A stretch of DNA of 64,000 nucleotides from IMG/VR virus record IMGVR_UViG_3300025789_000020; one strand, written 5' to 3'. Positions 55,866 to 64,000 of the stretch are shown here, one piece after another; position 1 is the stretch's first letter, and the number at the start of each line of letters is the position of its first letter. Position numbers and translations under genes: made by a program. The notes below the pieces were generated by a model. It was not told the origin of the DNA, did not search any database, and saw only the letters and a list, made by a program, of their open reading frames with translations. This DNA is from a virus.

Positions 55866-56138
55866 TTACTCATTAGGAGTGTGTTGACTGCCAGCTTCTA
55901 TGCTAGTCAGACCGTTATATCCAGGTAGAGTAGTAATACCTGTTTCACACCATTCTATACTGCCTACCCAATCTGTATGACCCGCAGTACCTAATCGGTT
56001 ATGCTCGTCTGCGTATGATTCAGCTAGCCGTTGTGCGTAACCTGCATCAGTAATTGGTGCGTTTTCAGTGGTTAGATCAATCTTCTTTTGTCTATGTCCT
56101 TGACTGCTGGTTGCTATAATTGCGTATCCTTGTGGCAT
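55866..56138 (-). CDS. Hypothetical protein
   Basis: TAAATA box and AAGGA RBS upstream. Confidence 0.6.
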   Translation of the reverse strand: MPQGYAIIATSSQGHRQKKIDLTTENAPITDAGYAQRLAESYADEHNRLGTAGHTDWVGSIEWCETGITTLPGYNGLTSIEAGSQHTPNE

Positions 56139-56167
56139 ATTGTGTCCTTGGTTATATGTATATTTAA

Positions 56168-56395
56168 CTAGAATGGATTGCGATTATAGGTTTCTGCAAT
56201 GTCACGAGTTTCACAGTAGTAATCAAGTCCTTTTAGATAGTTGAGCACGTTGCAGTCACTGCCTGTTCCAGTACTTAGTGCGTGATCACCTATACCCTTG
56301 CCTGTAAAGGCGGTTGTGGCTGTACTTGCTAGAGTATAAGCGCATGAGCTGAATAATAATGGGGTGATCAGGGCAATAATGAGTCTTGTGTGCAT
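56168..56395 (-). CDS. Putative small lipoprotein
   Basis: Likely start MHTRLII; lipobox-like FSSC; own promoter. Confidence 0.6.
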   Translation of the reverse strand: MHTRLIIALITPLLFSSCAYTLASTATTAFTGKGIGDHALSTGTGSDCNVLNYLKGLDYYCETRDIAETYNRNPF

Positions 56396-56497
56396 ACTAC
56401 GATTATACACTGTTTGTAGCCCAGAGTCAAGTCCGGCGGGCTTGCGAATGGCGTGACGCAACTAGCTAAAAATTTTTGCCGCTACCGCTTTGCGGAC

Positions 56498-56701
56498 TTA
56501 GGAATTTATGTGGGGGTGGTAACGGGCCAGAAATGCATCTAATCTGCAGGAGTAAACGTGTCCTGTTGCCTTGTTCTTGTACTCTACCCAAAGGTCATTT
56601 TCACTGTCCGGAAACCATGTTTTGAGTTCGTGGAATATGGTGCCGTTGGGTGCTGAGTATTCTTTGGCTAGGTTTTGAACCATTTGTTGTTCTTCTGTCA
56701 T
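56498..56701 (-). CDS. Small hypothetical protein
   Basis: Overlap-coupled; YSCRL.AF..R. Confidence 0.6.
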   Translation of the reverse strand: MTEEQQMVQNLAKEYSAPNGTIFHELKTWFPDSENDLWVEYKNKATGHVYSCRLDAFLARYHPHINS

Positions 56702-56919
56702 AAGTATTGTCCTGGATTACTTTGCCCTAATTCATCTAGCTTTTCCCATACGAATTTTAGTAGTCCTTTACCCGTTTCGGTATCGGCACTCATTAGGAGC
56801 GTTACTCTACTCAGTAGAACTCCTGCTATATTGTGGGGTTCAAAGTCATCGTAATTCATAATCACTTGATCTAGGTCATTGACCAGCTGTTCTAGTCGGG
56901 CGTCGTTTTCGTCTATCAT
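56698..56919 (-). CDS. Small hypothetical protein
   Basis: Likely start MIDEND just after a -10 box. Confidence 0.55.
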   Translation of the reverse strand: MIDENDARLEQLVNDLDQVIMNYDDFEPHNIAGVLLSRVTLLMSADTETGKGLLKFVWEKLDELGQSNPGQYL

Positions 56920-56978
56920 ATGTGTAATTATACAGGAAATAAGTCGTGGGGTCAAGATCTTGAATAAATATTTTCCTT

Positions 56979-57569
56979 ATGTGGTATACTCAACTATCTT
57001 TATCCTATGACCCGCAACAGCTACAACGGGCTGTGAATCTCCTACTGGTGCGCCTAAACACCAACTGGAACTATATACAGACTAAGCACGTGCCTGAACA
57101 GTACGAAAAGACACGTGACCTAGTGGGTATTAATCTAACACACCCTCTGGATGTAGATGCAGATAAACGCATATGGGGACTTAACGCACCCATGGACTGG
57201 ATCAAGGTCAATAGGGGCTATGGTGAAGAGCATTATACTGAGTTTCTATCCGAAGCCAAGGGCACATACCTTGAAGGTGTGGTTAACGATCTACGTGCGC
57301 TCAGCCCCCAGGGTCAAGCTCGTATACAGCTCAGCTGGCTACCCGTGGGTGTAGAGACCTTTTGGGGGCGCAGTGACATCACAGGACATGGTCGTGTACA
57401 CATACCCATATATGCCCCCAAGGATGCTTATATCCTGGGCCCTGATCAAAAGGCCTATCATTGGCCCGCAGATGGGCAGGTATATCAATTTAGCAGTCGC
57501 CAGGATCACAAGATGGTCAATGCTGACACTGAACCGCAACTACATCTAATAGCCTACTTGGCTGACTAA
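56979..57569 (+). CDS. Asp/Asn beta-hydroxylase-like (2OG-Fe(II) fold) protein, possibly degenerate
   Basis: RVHIPI, HWPADG.VY, HKMVN...HLI; expected HxD reads RSD. Confidence 0.65.
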   Translation: MWYTQLSLSYDPQQLQRAVNLLLVRLNTNWNYIQTKHVPEQYEKTRDLVGINLTHPLDVDADKRIWGLNAPMDWIKVNRGYGEEHYTEFLSEAKGTYLEGVVNDLRALSPQGQARIQLSWLPVGVETFWGRSDITGHGRVHIPIYAPKDAYILGPDQKAYHWPADGQVYQFSSRQDHKMVNADTEPQLHLIAYLAD

Positions 57570-57573
57570 CAAC

Positions 57574-58152
57574 ATGCTACATTCATACCCAGTAACCATA
57601 AGAGATTTATCCGCAGTCAGCACATGGCTAGAACAGCAGGTCGCACCCCCTGATGTACGTAGGGGCTATGTGGGTCGTATACCCATGTTGAATCAATGGG
57701 CCATACTAGAACGTCTGGGTGTGGACATGAGTGTGAATAAAAACTTCAATGTGCTACAAGCATGGTTCCCCAGTCTAGACCCTATAGAGATACACTCGGA
57801 CAGCAGTCCATTTAGCGGGCATGTACAGCGCAGTCTAATCATACCCATTAAGAACTGTGGGCAGTTGACATGGTCATGGTATAAGTGTACAGATGAGTCA
57901 AAGATGTTTCAACAGGATGCCAAGGGTCAATATAATACTGTACCCATGCTACCCTTTGATGCCGCTGAAGTCATAGAGACCAGGCTGTGTGATCAACCCT
58001 TTGTAGCCGACATAGGCACATGGCATAGTCTATGTAATGCCAGCGCAGAGCCAGCACAATTGATCAGCATACGTATACTACCGTGGGCCACTCACAGCTG
58101 GGATCAAGAGCCCACCCTACCCCCTCTGGGTTCTAGTGTGATATCATTCTAA
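57574..58152 (+). CDS. Cupin / 2OG-Fe(II)-like protein
   Basis: IHSD...LIIPI...WHSLCN...ISIR. Confidence 0.6.
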   Translation: MLHSYPVTIRDLSAVSTWLEQQVAPPDVRRGYVGRIPMLNQWAILERLGVDMSVNKNFNVLQAWFPSLDPIEIHSDSSPFSGHVQRSLIIPIKNCGQLTWSWYKCTDESKMFQQDAKGQYNTVPMLPFDAAEVIETRLCDQPFVADIGTWHSLCNASAEPAQLISIRILPWATHSWDQEPTLPPLGSSVISF

Positions 58153-58429
58153 TATAGGCCACTAGGTCGATAGTGGTTATTAACGCATAGTTGGCTACCA
58201 TACCCGTTGATCCTCGAGTCCAAGCGGCCCAAGCAAATATCGAGCACTGTATCATAAACAGGGGGTACAGTATAATAAAAGGTGGGTTAGGTAGGGTAAT
58301 GCCCATTACAATGGTACATCCAATGCTCATAAACCATGCTAGAAGCTCTAGAAAGAATCGTATAGGGTTCTCTGCGTAATCGTTCTTGATCCACGTGATA
58401 GTAGGTTGGGCCAGTTGTTTAATATTCAT
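58133..58429 (-). CDS. Small membrane protein
   Basis: Three hydrophobic helices. Confidence 0.65.
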   Translation of the reverse strand: MNIKQLAQPTITWIKNDYAENPIRFFLELLAWFMSIGCTIVMGITLPNPPFIILYPLFMIQCSIFAWAAWTRGSTGMVANYALITTIDLVAYIRMISH

Positions 58430-58483
58430 ATGGTATAATAGCATAAATTTTACCCTCAGTCAAACTCTTTGATAATTATCTAC

Positions 58484-59236
58484 ATGCGAATAATTGTATC
58501 AGGATGCTCAATGGCCACAGGCTACGAATGTACACGTTTGGGCGAACAAAACTCAGAAGATTGGCAATTGGCTTGGCCTGCGGCTTTAGGACGACAACTT
58601 AAGGCCACTGTACACAATGTCAGCGCAGTGGGCGTGGATAACGATACCATATGGCGTAACGCTCAAAATGAACTGTTCAAAACAGGAGTTGAAGATACTC
58701 TAGTTGTTATAGGATGGACTGAGCATAGCCGTGAATGTTATGTAGATCCCACAGGGGTTTACTTTCTCAATGCTTGGTTTGGACTAGCTGGTTACAAGGA
58801 TCCACGTACTCCGGAAAGTGTACGTTTGGCCTATCGAGCATGGCTAGCACGTGACATAGACGGGTGGCTCAATGCGCAGGCTTGGAGAGCATGGTCAGCG
58901 CATGTGATCTTGCAGGCTCAGGGTGTTCCGCATGTGTTCTTTAACGCTGTGGGTGCGTTAGCTGGTGTAACGTCGGATAAACTACTGCATAGCAATCTAC
59001 GTCAACCTAGTACTGATATATGGAACAGCATTGAGCATGACGGCTACTACATATCGCCTACTGATCAAACACAAACACAACTGGGCTGGCTCAGAGCCAA
59101 TTGGCCCAATGATCAAGTGTCTCTAACTAGCCCTAGAGATCGTCGTGAGAATCATCTGCACTGGAATCAACATGCTTTAAAAGGCTGGGCTGAACATCTA
59201 GTGCCATATATTACAGCCGTAAAAAAACCCACCTAA
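58484..59236 (+). CDS. SGNH/GDSL-like hydrolase
   Basis: IIVSGCSMATG, AWP..LG, NVSA.G.DN, VIGWT...R, C-terminal H. Confidence 0.7.
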   Translation: MRIIVSGCSMATGYECTRLGEQNSEDWQLAWPAALGRQLKATVHNVSAVGVDNDTIWRNAQNELFKTGVEDTLVVIGWTEHSRECYVDPTGVYFLNAWFGLAGYKDPRTPESVRLAYRAWLARDIDGWLNAQAWRAWSAHVILQAQGVPHVFFNAVGALAGVTSDKLLHSNLRQPSTDIWNSIEHDGYYISPTDQTQTQLGWLRANWPNDQVSLTSPRDRRENHLHWNQHALKGWAEHLVPYITAVKKPT

Positions 59237-59246
59237 AGTGGGCTTT
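59224..59246. terminator. Bidirectional terminator between convergent genes
   Basis: A-run, CCCAC-CTAAA-GTGGG, T-run. Confidence 0.65.
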
Positions 59247-59265
59247 CTTACTGAGTTAGCTCTAA

Positions 59266-59538
59266 TTAAAGAGTGATACCCATAGCCTTAGCCTTGTAGC
59301 CCAATGCGATGATTTCGCGGCTAGCATTGCCCATTTCATATTCTGTTACAGTAACACCGTTACCAGCAGTACGGGTCTTGCTATAGATAGCGTAACCTGA
59401 CTGACGAATACGACTTGCTTCAGCGGCAATGTTCTTGATACCAAAACGCTTATTGGCTTCAGCGGCAGTTACTTTCTCGCCGTTGTACAGAGCATTGAAC
59501 AACTTGTAAGTCTTAGTTTCTTTAGAAATAAATTTCAT
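59266..59538 (-). CDS. Small winged-HTH-like DNA-binding protein
   Basis: L..G...TA......FGIKN..A..S.IR..GY.IY. Confidence 0.65.
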   Translation of the reverse strand: MKFISKETKTYKLFNALYNGEKVTAAEANKRFGIKNIAAEASRIRQSGYAIYSKTRTAGNGVTVTEYEMGNASREIIALGYKAKAMGITL

Positions 59539-59607
59539 TTTGTGTTTCCTTTAGATTATGCTGTAATTAAACAGCTATGACTAGTATAACAAATGTATGC
59601 TATAATC

Positions 59608-59964
59608 TCAAGCTGTTTGAGTATCTTTCTTTAGTTCAGGATGCCAAAATGTCTTGTTCGGATAGCGTTGACGTGCTATTCTAGCGGCCTGCTCAATATC
59701 ATGTGCTTGCGCCAGAAACTCGCCAGTTGTCTTGCTATAAGCATAGACATAACCATTAACTTGTTCAATTTCCAAAGGAACAGCATCTTCGGGCATTTCT
59801 TCTCCGGCAATGGCTTCATCTTGATTAATGGCTTTTAGCTTGTTGATCAACTCAATCATGTCATCTGGACGGCTGATTAGATTCTGCATGACACGATAGG
59901 CTTTCCAGTGTCCGCCAATCCAAAATGCCACTACTGCCACAATGATATATGAAATATATTCCAT
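59608..59964 (-). CDS. Membrane-anchored hypothetical protein
   Basis: N-terminal hydrophobic segment; EFLAQ motif. Confidence 0.65.
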   Translation of the reverse strand: MEYISYIIVAVVAFWIGGHWKAYRVMQNLISRPDDMIELINKLKAINQDEAIAGEEMPEDAVPLEIEQVNGYVYAYSKTTGEFLAQAHDIEQAARIARQRYPNKTFWHPELKKDTQTA

Positions 59965-59991
59965 CTTTTGTCCTAATTGTAAGTTATTTAA

Positions 59992-60294
59992 TTAATCTTT
60001 AAGCGATTCTAACATGGCAATTTTAGCGATCTTTTCGCCAAAGTTTTCTTCTTTGCCAATGATATAGATATCATGGAAGCTACGATCCTTTTGACGATCA
60101 TAACGGCTGAACTCCACAACCTTGCCGCCAATAGCATTATAAATCTTAAACTGTAGTGTAGGCTCGCTATTAACATCACGACCACTAATAGCATTAGCAC
60201 TTTTCAACTGGGCAGTACTATATCGACTTTCGTCAATACAGATATCTTGTTCACTGTCTAACCAGCGGCGGATTTTACGTTTTAACCAATTCAT
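59992..60294 (-). CDS. Hypothetical protein
   Basis: AGGAAG RBS; FKIYNAIGGKVVE. Confidence 0.65.
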   Translation of the reverse strand: MNWLKRKIRRWLDSEQDICIDESRYSTAQLKSANAISGRDVNSEPTLQFKIYNAIGGKVVEFSRYDRQKDRSFHDIYIIGKEENFGEKIAKIAMLESLKD

Positions 60295-60297
60295 ATT

Positions 60298-60522
60298 TTA
60301 CTTCCTAGGTGCTGTACAACTATCATTCCAAAGCTCTTGAGCTTGCTTCTTGTATGCCTCTAGATCAGCATCTTTGCGCAGTTCTTCTTCTAGCCAAAGC
60401 ATCTTAGCATGAGCATAGCCTTCTTCTGTTAGACCATGCCAACCAATACACTTGCCATTTGGGCTACGACCACAGCCGCATGAACCAAACTCTTCTGGAT
60501 TCTCTTTAACTCTTACTTGCAT
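60298..60522 (-). CDS. CDGSH-like iron-sulfur/zinc-finger small protein
   Basis: CGCGRSPNGKCIGWH (3Cys-1His). Confidence 0.65.
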   Translation of the reverse strand: MQVRVKENPEEFGSCGCGRSPNGKCIGWHGLTEEGYAHAKMLWLEEELRKDADLEAYKKQAQELWNDSCTAPRK

Positions 60523-60534
60523 TTTCCATCTCCT

Positions 60535-61449
60535 TTATTTGAATTTAAATCCCATTAATTTAAAAAAATCACCTACTCGATTTTTAGATATTGTAATTCT
60601 AAATCGTTCAACTAATCGCTGTACAAATGTAAAATTCTCTTCATGATACCCAGCTTGAGCAATAGCATTAGCATGCCACTGATTATAATCCCCAAGATCA
60701 GCTATTCCTTGTATAGGCGTATATTGCCCAAAGTGTAGTATAGATGAAGTTGGCATTCTGGGTTTGATTATACCCCACGCAGTCTTTGAAGTATCTGGTA
60801 TACCTATAGCCATACCGAATATAGGCATGCATCTGTATGGGATGTTGTATTGTTTTTGTACATGCTCTGGATTTATTTGCCTAATTGCACCCATATACAT
60901 AGTACCGTATCCATAACTTTCAGCAATCATTACAAAACTCTGGGCAACAATGGTTGTATCAACGATAGCCTTAACATTATATTCAGCTATGTCCAATTGG
61001 TTAACACACGCTGGATCATGCAATAGATTATTAGTCAATGCTTCATTCATCAAGGCTTTAATTTTACTTAGATCAGCAAGCCAAATTAGAAATACAGGAC
61101 ATTCATAGTAGATGCGCATATTGTGACTGTCAGTACCACCTATAACATCAATGTTAGGTTGGTGTACAAATAACTTATCTTTATCTTCCTTAGTAGTTAA
61201 GGCCAATACACTATAAGTCTGTAGCATACCACTAGTAGCACTACCCTGTGCTCCTGCAATCATTAATTCTATAATTTCAGGATCGATTGCAACATCAGTA
61301 AAGTTCCTACAGGTTTTTCTAGAAAGCTGTCGATCGATTAAACCATTGTACATCATTTTTTCGTCGATAGACGGCATTTGGCTATTAGGACCAAACCTCT
61401 GCTGATATTTTTCGTTGGTTATCAACGTTTCCGGCATGTCTTTACTCAT
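60535..61449 (-). CDS. Nitroreductase / flavin oxidoreductase (NfsA-like)
   Basis: RKTCRNF, ATS..LQ.YS, AESYGYGTMYMGAIR, FGMAIG.P, KPRMP. Confidence 0.85.
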   Translation of the reverse strand: MSKDMPETLITNEKYQQRFGPNSQMPSIDEKMMYNGLIDRQLSRKTCRNFTDVAIDPEIIELMIAGAQGSATSGMLQTYSVLALTTKEDKDKLFVHQPNIDVIGGTDSHNMRIYYECPVFLIWLADLSKIKALMNEALTNNLLHDPACVNQLDIAEYNVKAIVDTTIVAQSFVMIAESYGYGTMYMGAIRQINPEHVQKQYNIPYRCMPIFGMAIGIPDTSKTAWGIIKPRMPTSSILHFGQYTPIQGIADLGDYNQWHANAIAQAGYHEENFTFVQRLVERFRITISKNRVGDFFKLMGFKFK

Positions 61450-61457
61450 ATCACTAT

Positions 61458-62405
61458 TTAATTTAATACTCCATTGACAAATTCTTTAATTCTTGTATGC
61501 ATGTCATCTGTAACAGCGTTGTTTCTACAAATAGTAAAATGATTAAGGACATTAGTTGCTGTGGTACACTCGCCATCAACTGACGGAGTTCTAGCGCCAC
61601 GATTACTAATATCCCATCCGTGTGTAGCTTCTGGATAATGTTTCCAAACAGTTGCAGACTCAAATGTTGATGACTTGCATTGACTAACAGGACTAGCATC
61701 ATCTCGTCCTCCGGTGAATACAATAACAGGACTGTGATATGCACCTAGTCTAGGTTTGTAATCGCCACCACTGCTTTGACATACAGGATATAAACTTATC
61801 CCGGCACGAAACAATGGTTTAGCTTCTGTTTGATAAAACGGTTCGTCAGTCATTGTACGTAGTACAGACCAGCCACCTTGACTATCACCCATTAGAAATA
61901 TCTTATCAGGATCAACACCTTGTGACTTAACCCATTGCCCAGCGGCAATTGCATCTAGTGCTCGAGCATTGGCTCCTAATGTATTATAAGTTTGCCAATT
62001 TTCTGATCGTCCACGACTCCAATAACTGTCTAGCACTAGTACATTCGCATTTAAATTATCACGTACCCAAACAGCTTCAGCCCAATCTGTAGTAACAATA
62101 CCATGTCCACCATGCAGTATAACTACAGTAGGGCGACCTTTAATGCCGGATTTGTTTGGAGTCCAACTGGCCATAAGCAGGCCTTTGTGATTAAATGCAG
62201 GTACGATTGGTAATACATCGCCTAGTCCAACTAGAGTTGTATTATTGTACAATGAGTATGCGTTGAGTGGTCTTTCAGGAGCCTGGCTAGATACAATAGG
62301 AGGTTGAAACGTGTCTACATCTGACGATTTAAAATCGCCACCCCAAAACCCTGCTTGCGCAGATACTGACCAACAGAGTAAACTAACCAATATAGTTTTA
62401 TGCAT
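61458..62405 (-). CDS. Secreted alpha/beta hydrolase (dienelactone hydrolase-like)
   Basis: Signal peptide; HGGHG, nucleophile GDSQGG, GGRDD, HGWD. Confidence 0.82.
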   Translation of the reverse strand: MHKTILVSLLCWSVSAQAGFWGGDFKSSDVDTFQPPIVSSQAPERPLNAYSLYNNTTLVGLGDVLPIVPAFNHKGLLMASWTPNKSGIKGRPTVVILHGGHGIVTTDWAEAVWVRDNLNANVLVLDSYWSRGRSENWQTYNTLGANARALDAIAAGQWVKSQGVDPDKIFLMGDSQGGWSVLRTMTDEPFYQTEAKPLFRAGISLYPVCQSSGGDYKPRLGAYHSPVIVFTGGRDDASPVSQCKSSTFESATVWKHYPEATHGWDISNRGARTPSVDGECTTATNVLNHFTICRNNAVTDDMHTRIKEFVNGVLN

Positions 62406-62441
62406 GACATTTCCAAACTAGTTGAACACATAGTTATTATA

Positions 62442-62771
62442 CTATAATTTTCCTTTAGAGTCAAGTTCATGTCCCCATTTGATCCACCAATATGTATAAT
62501 GTTTTGGAGACAGTTCTGCTTCAATGGAGTAGGTCCATCCAAAGTAACTAGGATGAACCCTTCTATGCCATATAGGTTTTTGGACAGCGTTTTCCATAAC
62601 CCAATTACCCATTTCAGTTTGTTGCCATTCCCAAATAGGTTGTGCTACAAATAAATCTGGATCTTCGACATCGCCCATTCGGATTTTATGCACGACTACT
62701 GTCAGTGAACCGTGAGTTTCTACGTACTCTGATGTGGTAAAGTCTCCGTTAGGCAATGGTAGTATGTTCAT
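62442..62771 (-). CDS. Hypothetical protein
   Basis: MGDVEDPDLFVAQPIWEWQ..E.G.WVME. Confidence 0.7.
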   Translation of the reverse strand: MNILPLPNGDFTTSEYVETHGSLTVVVHKIRMGDVEDPDLFVAQPIWEWQQTEMGNWVMENAVQKPIWHRRVHPSYFGWTYSIEAELSPKHYTYWWIKWGHELDSKGKL

Positions 62772-63580
62772 AACGGCAAGTCAAATATAATTGGATCACC
62801 GCGTTCTACTTGTATAGGCTTCGGTGGTAATGGTGCAGTAGTAATTAATTCGTTAGCAATCTCACTGCGTTGTTTAACATTTTTCTGACCTAGAACTAGT
62901 ACAGCGTATTCTCTATGATCCTTTTCTACCAGCATGACTACACAACGACCTGCTGGATTAGTAAAGCCTGTCTTGCTGATTAGAATGTTATCAAACTTAA
63001 AGATACTAGGATTGGTATTATGCAGTCTAATGTGAATAAACTTTTTACCCTTAGGTACAAGTATATCTGCAGCCTTATCATCTGCATAGTTTTTTAATGC
63101 TTGATTGCCTCTAATGTCTCCAATGAAACTAGTCAACTCTACGGCTGTGCTAACATTGTTGCGTGATAAGCCTGTAGGCTCTTCTATGTATGTGTGAAGG
63201 AGTCCCCTACCACGGATAAAGTCATTAGTATCACTAATAAACTTATCAAACCCTCCGGGATATGTATTAGCCAGTGTTTCAGCCGCACGATTGTCACTAG
63301 ATATCAACATGGCCTGCATTAGGTTATGCCTAGTAACCATCATGCCGTTTGGAAAGTGTCCCGAACTTCGTCCTTGCACACGGACTCGTTCATCTAGGTC
63401 TGCACCACTGCGAAGTATTGTATTAGCAGTGAATAGTTTGCTGATACTAGCAATAGGACGTTGCTCATCTATGTTAAATGCAACTTGATATTCGTTGCGT
63501 TCGTAGTCATATAGAGCAAAGCTACCTTGTTCAGCGTGTGCAGATGCACAAAATAATACGAGTAATAATAGTTTTTTCAT
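62768..63580 (-). CDS. Peptidase S11 (D-Ala-D-Ala carboxy/endopeptidase, PbpG-like)
   Basis: Signal peptide; SxxK (ASISK), SxN (SDN), KTG. Confidence 0.9.
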   Translation of the reverse strand: MKKLLLLVLFCASAHAEQGSFALYDYERNEYQVAFNIDEQRPIASISKLFTANTILRSGADLDERVRVQGRSSGHFPNGMMVTRHNLMQAMLISSDNRAAETLANTYPGGFDKFISDTNDFIRGRGLLHTYIEEPTGLSRNNVSTAVELTSFIGDIRGNQALKNYADDKAADILVPKGKKFIHIRLHNTNPSIFKFDNILISKTGFTNPAGRCVVMLVEKDHREYAVLVLGQKNVKQRSEIANELITTAPLPPKPIQVERGDPIIFDLPL

Positions 63581-63858
63581 TCTGGGAACATCATCCTATA
63601 CATAGTATATAATTTATCATCGCGGAACATGAACACAAATTGTCTTTTAGGTGTAACCCCGCCGGCTTGGAATGGTAGCTCTGCTCCGTACCATTTACCG
63701 CTCATAGTTAAATCGTTATACATACCACCAAATGTTTCCCTACACCAGTTAGCACGTTCCTGACATTCCTTAACTGATAAGTCATACATGTCATGCACCC
63801 ACCCATCTCTTTTGAGCATTTGGGCTGTGCGCATCTCTTGTCGTTCGGTTACTGCCAT
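63577..63858 (-). CDS. Small hypothetical protein
   Basis: WCRETFG...W...F.FRD. Confidence 0.6.
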   Translation of the reverse strand: MAVTERQEMRTAQMLKRDGWVHDMYDLSVKECQERANWCRETFGGMYNDLTMSGKWYGAELPFQAGGVTPKRQFVFMFRDDKLYTMYRMMFPE

Positions 63859-64000
63859 ACTATGTTCTCAATTCAAACCACATCCAATCTTGTTCATCTC
63901 TGAAGTATATCTTATTACCGTTACAAAACCAACGCTGTCCTGGACGACCAAATGTTTCTACTAACCAATTGTGTATAAGTGTGCGGTCATTAACTTCTAC

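Noticed and set aside
39457-59236. Apparent excess of CTAG and GATC tetramers
   Set aside because: Impression only; could follow from CTA-Leu codon preference and cannot be quantified without counting
1-64000. Stop-codon reassignment
   Set aside because: Conserved genes are full length in the standard code and TAA, TAG and TGA all terminate genes; no suppressor tRNA seen

Overview
A 64-kb segment of a large T4-like (myovirus-type) dsDNA bacteriophage, read in the standard genetic code. 1-25 kb: virion and packaging genes (long fibre-like protein running off the 5' end, NUDIX, gp15/gp14/gp13-like tail-completion and neck proteins, dNMP kinase, very large tail sheath, tail tube, gp4-like nuclease, terminase, and low-complexity proteins that look like internal head proteins). 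25-42 kb: replication and recombination genes (gp32, UvsX, UvsY, UvsW, gp62-like, a 192-aa mini DNA polymerase III alpha core, primase, a half carbamoyltransferase, gp41-like helicase) plus several 2OG-Fe(II) oxygenases. 42.9-54.4 kb: a minus-strand array of small early-type genes, most with their own consensus sigma70 promoter and a shared extended ribosome-binding site AGGAGCGAA, plus one tRNA(CAT). 54.4-64 kb: a repeat-rich non-coding tract and auxiliary genes (oxygenases, SGNH-like, CDGSH-like, nitroreductase, alpha/beta hydrolase, S11 peptidase). Best candidate for a new system: a three-hairpin RNA at 43645-43784 displays UUCGCUCC twice in loops, the exact antisense of the GGAGCGAA leader found in 11 early genes, suggesting one sRNA controlling a whole early regulon. 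Also notable: a ~480-nt highly structured ncRNA with its own promoter (52044-52527), an ~800-bp tract almost free of TGA/TCA, two families of operator-like palindromes, and the minimal DnaE. All calls come from motif reading by eye; no searches or folding programs were run.
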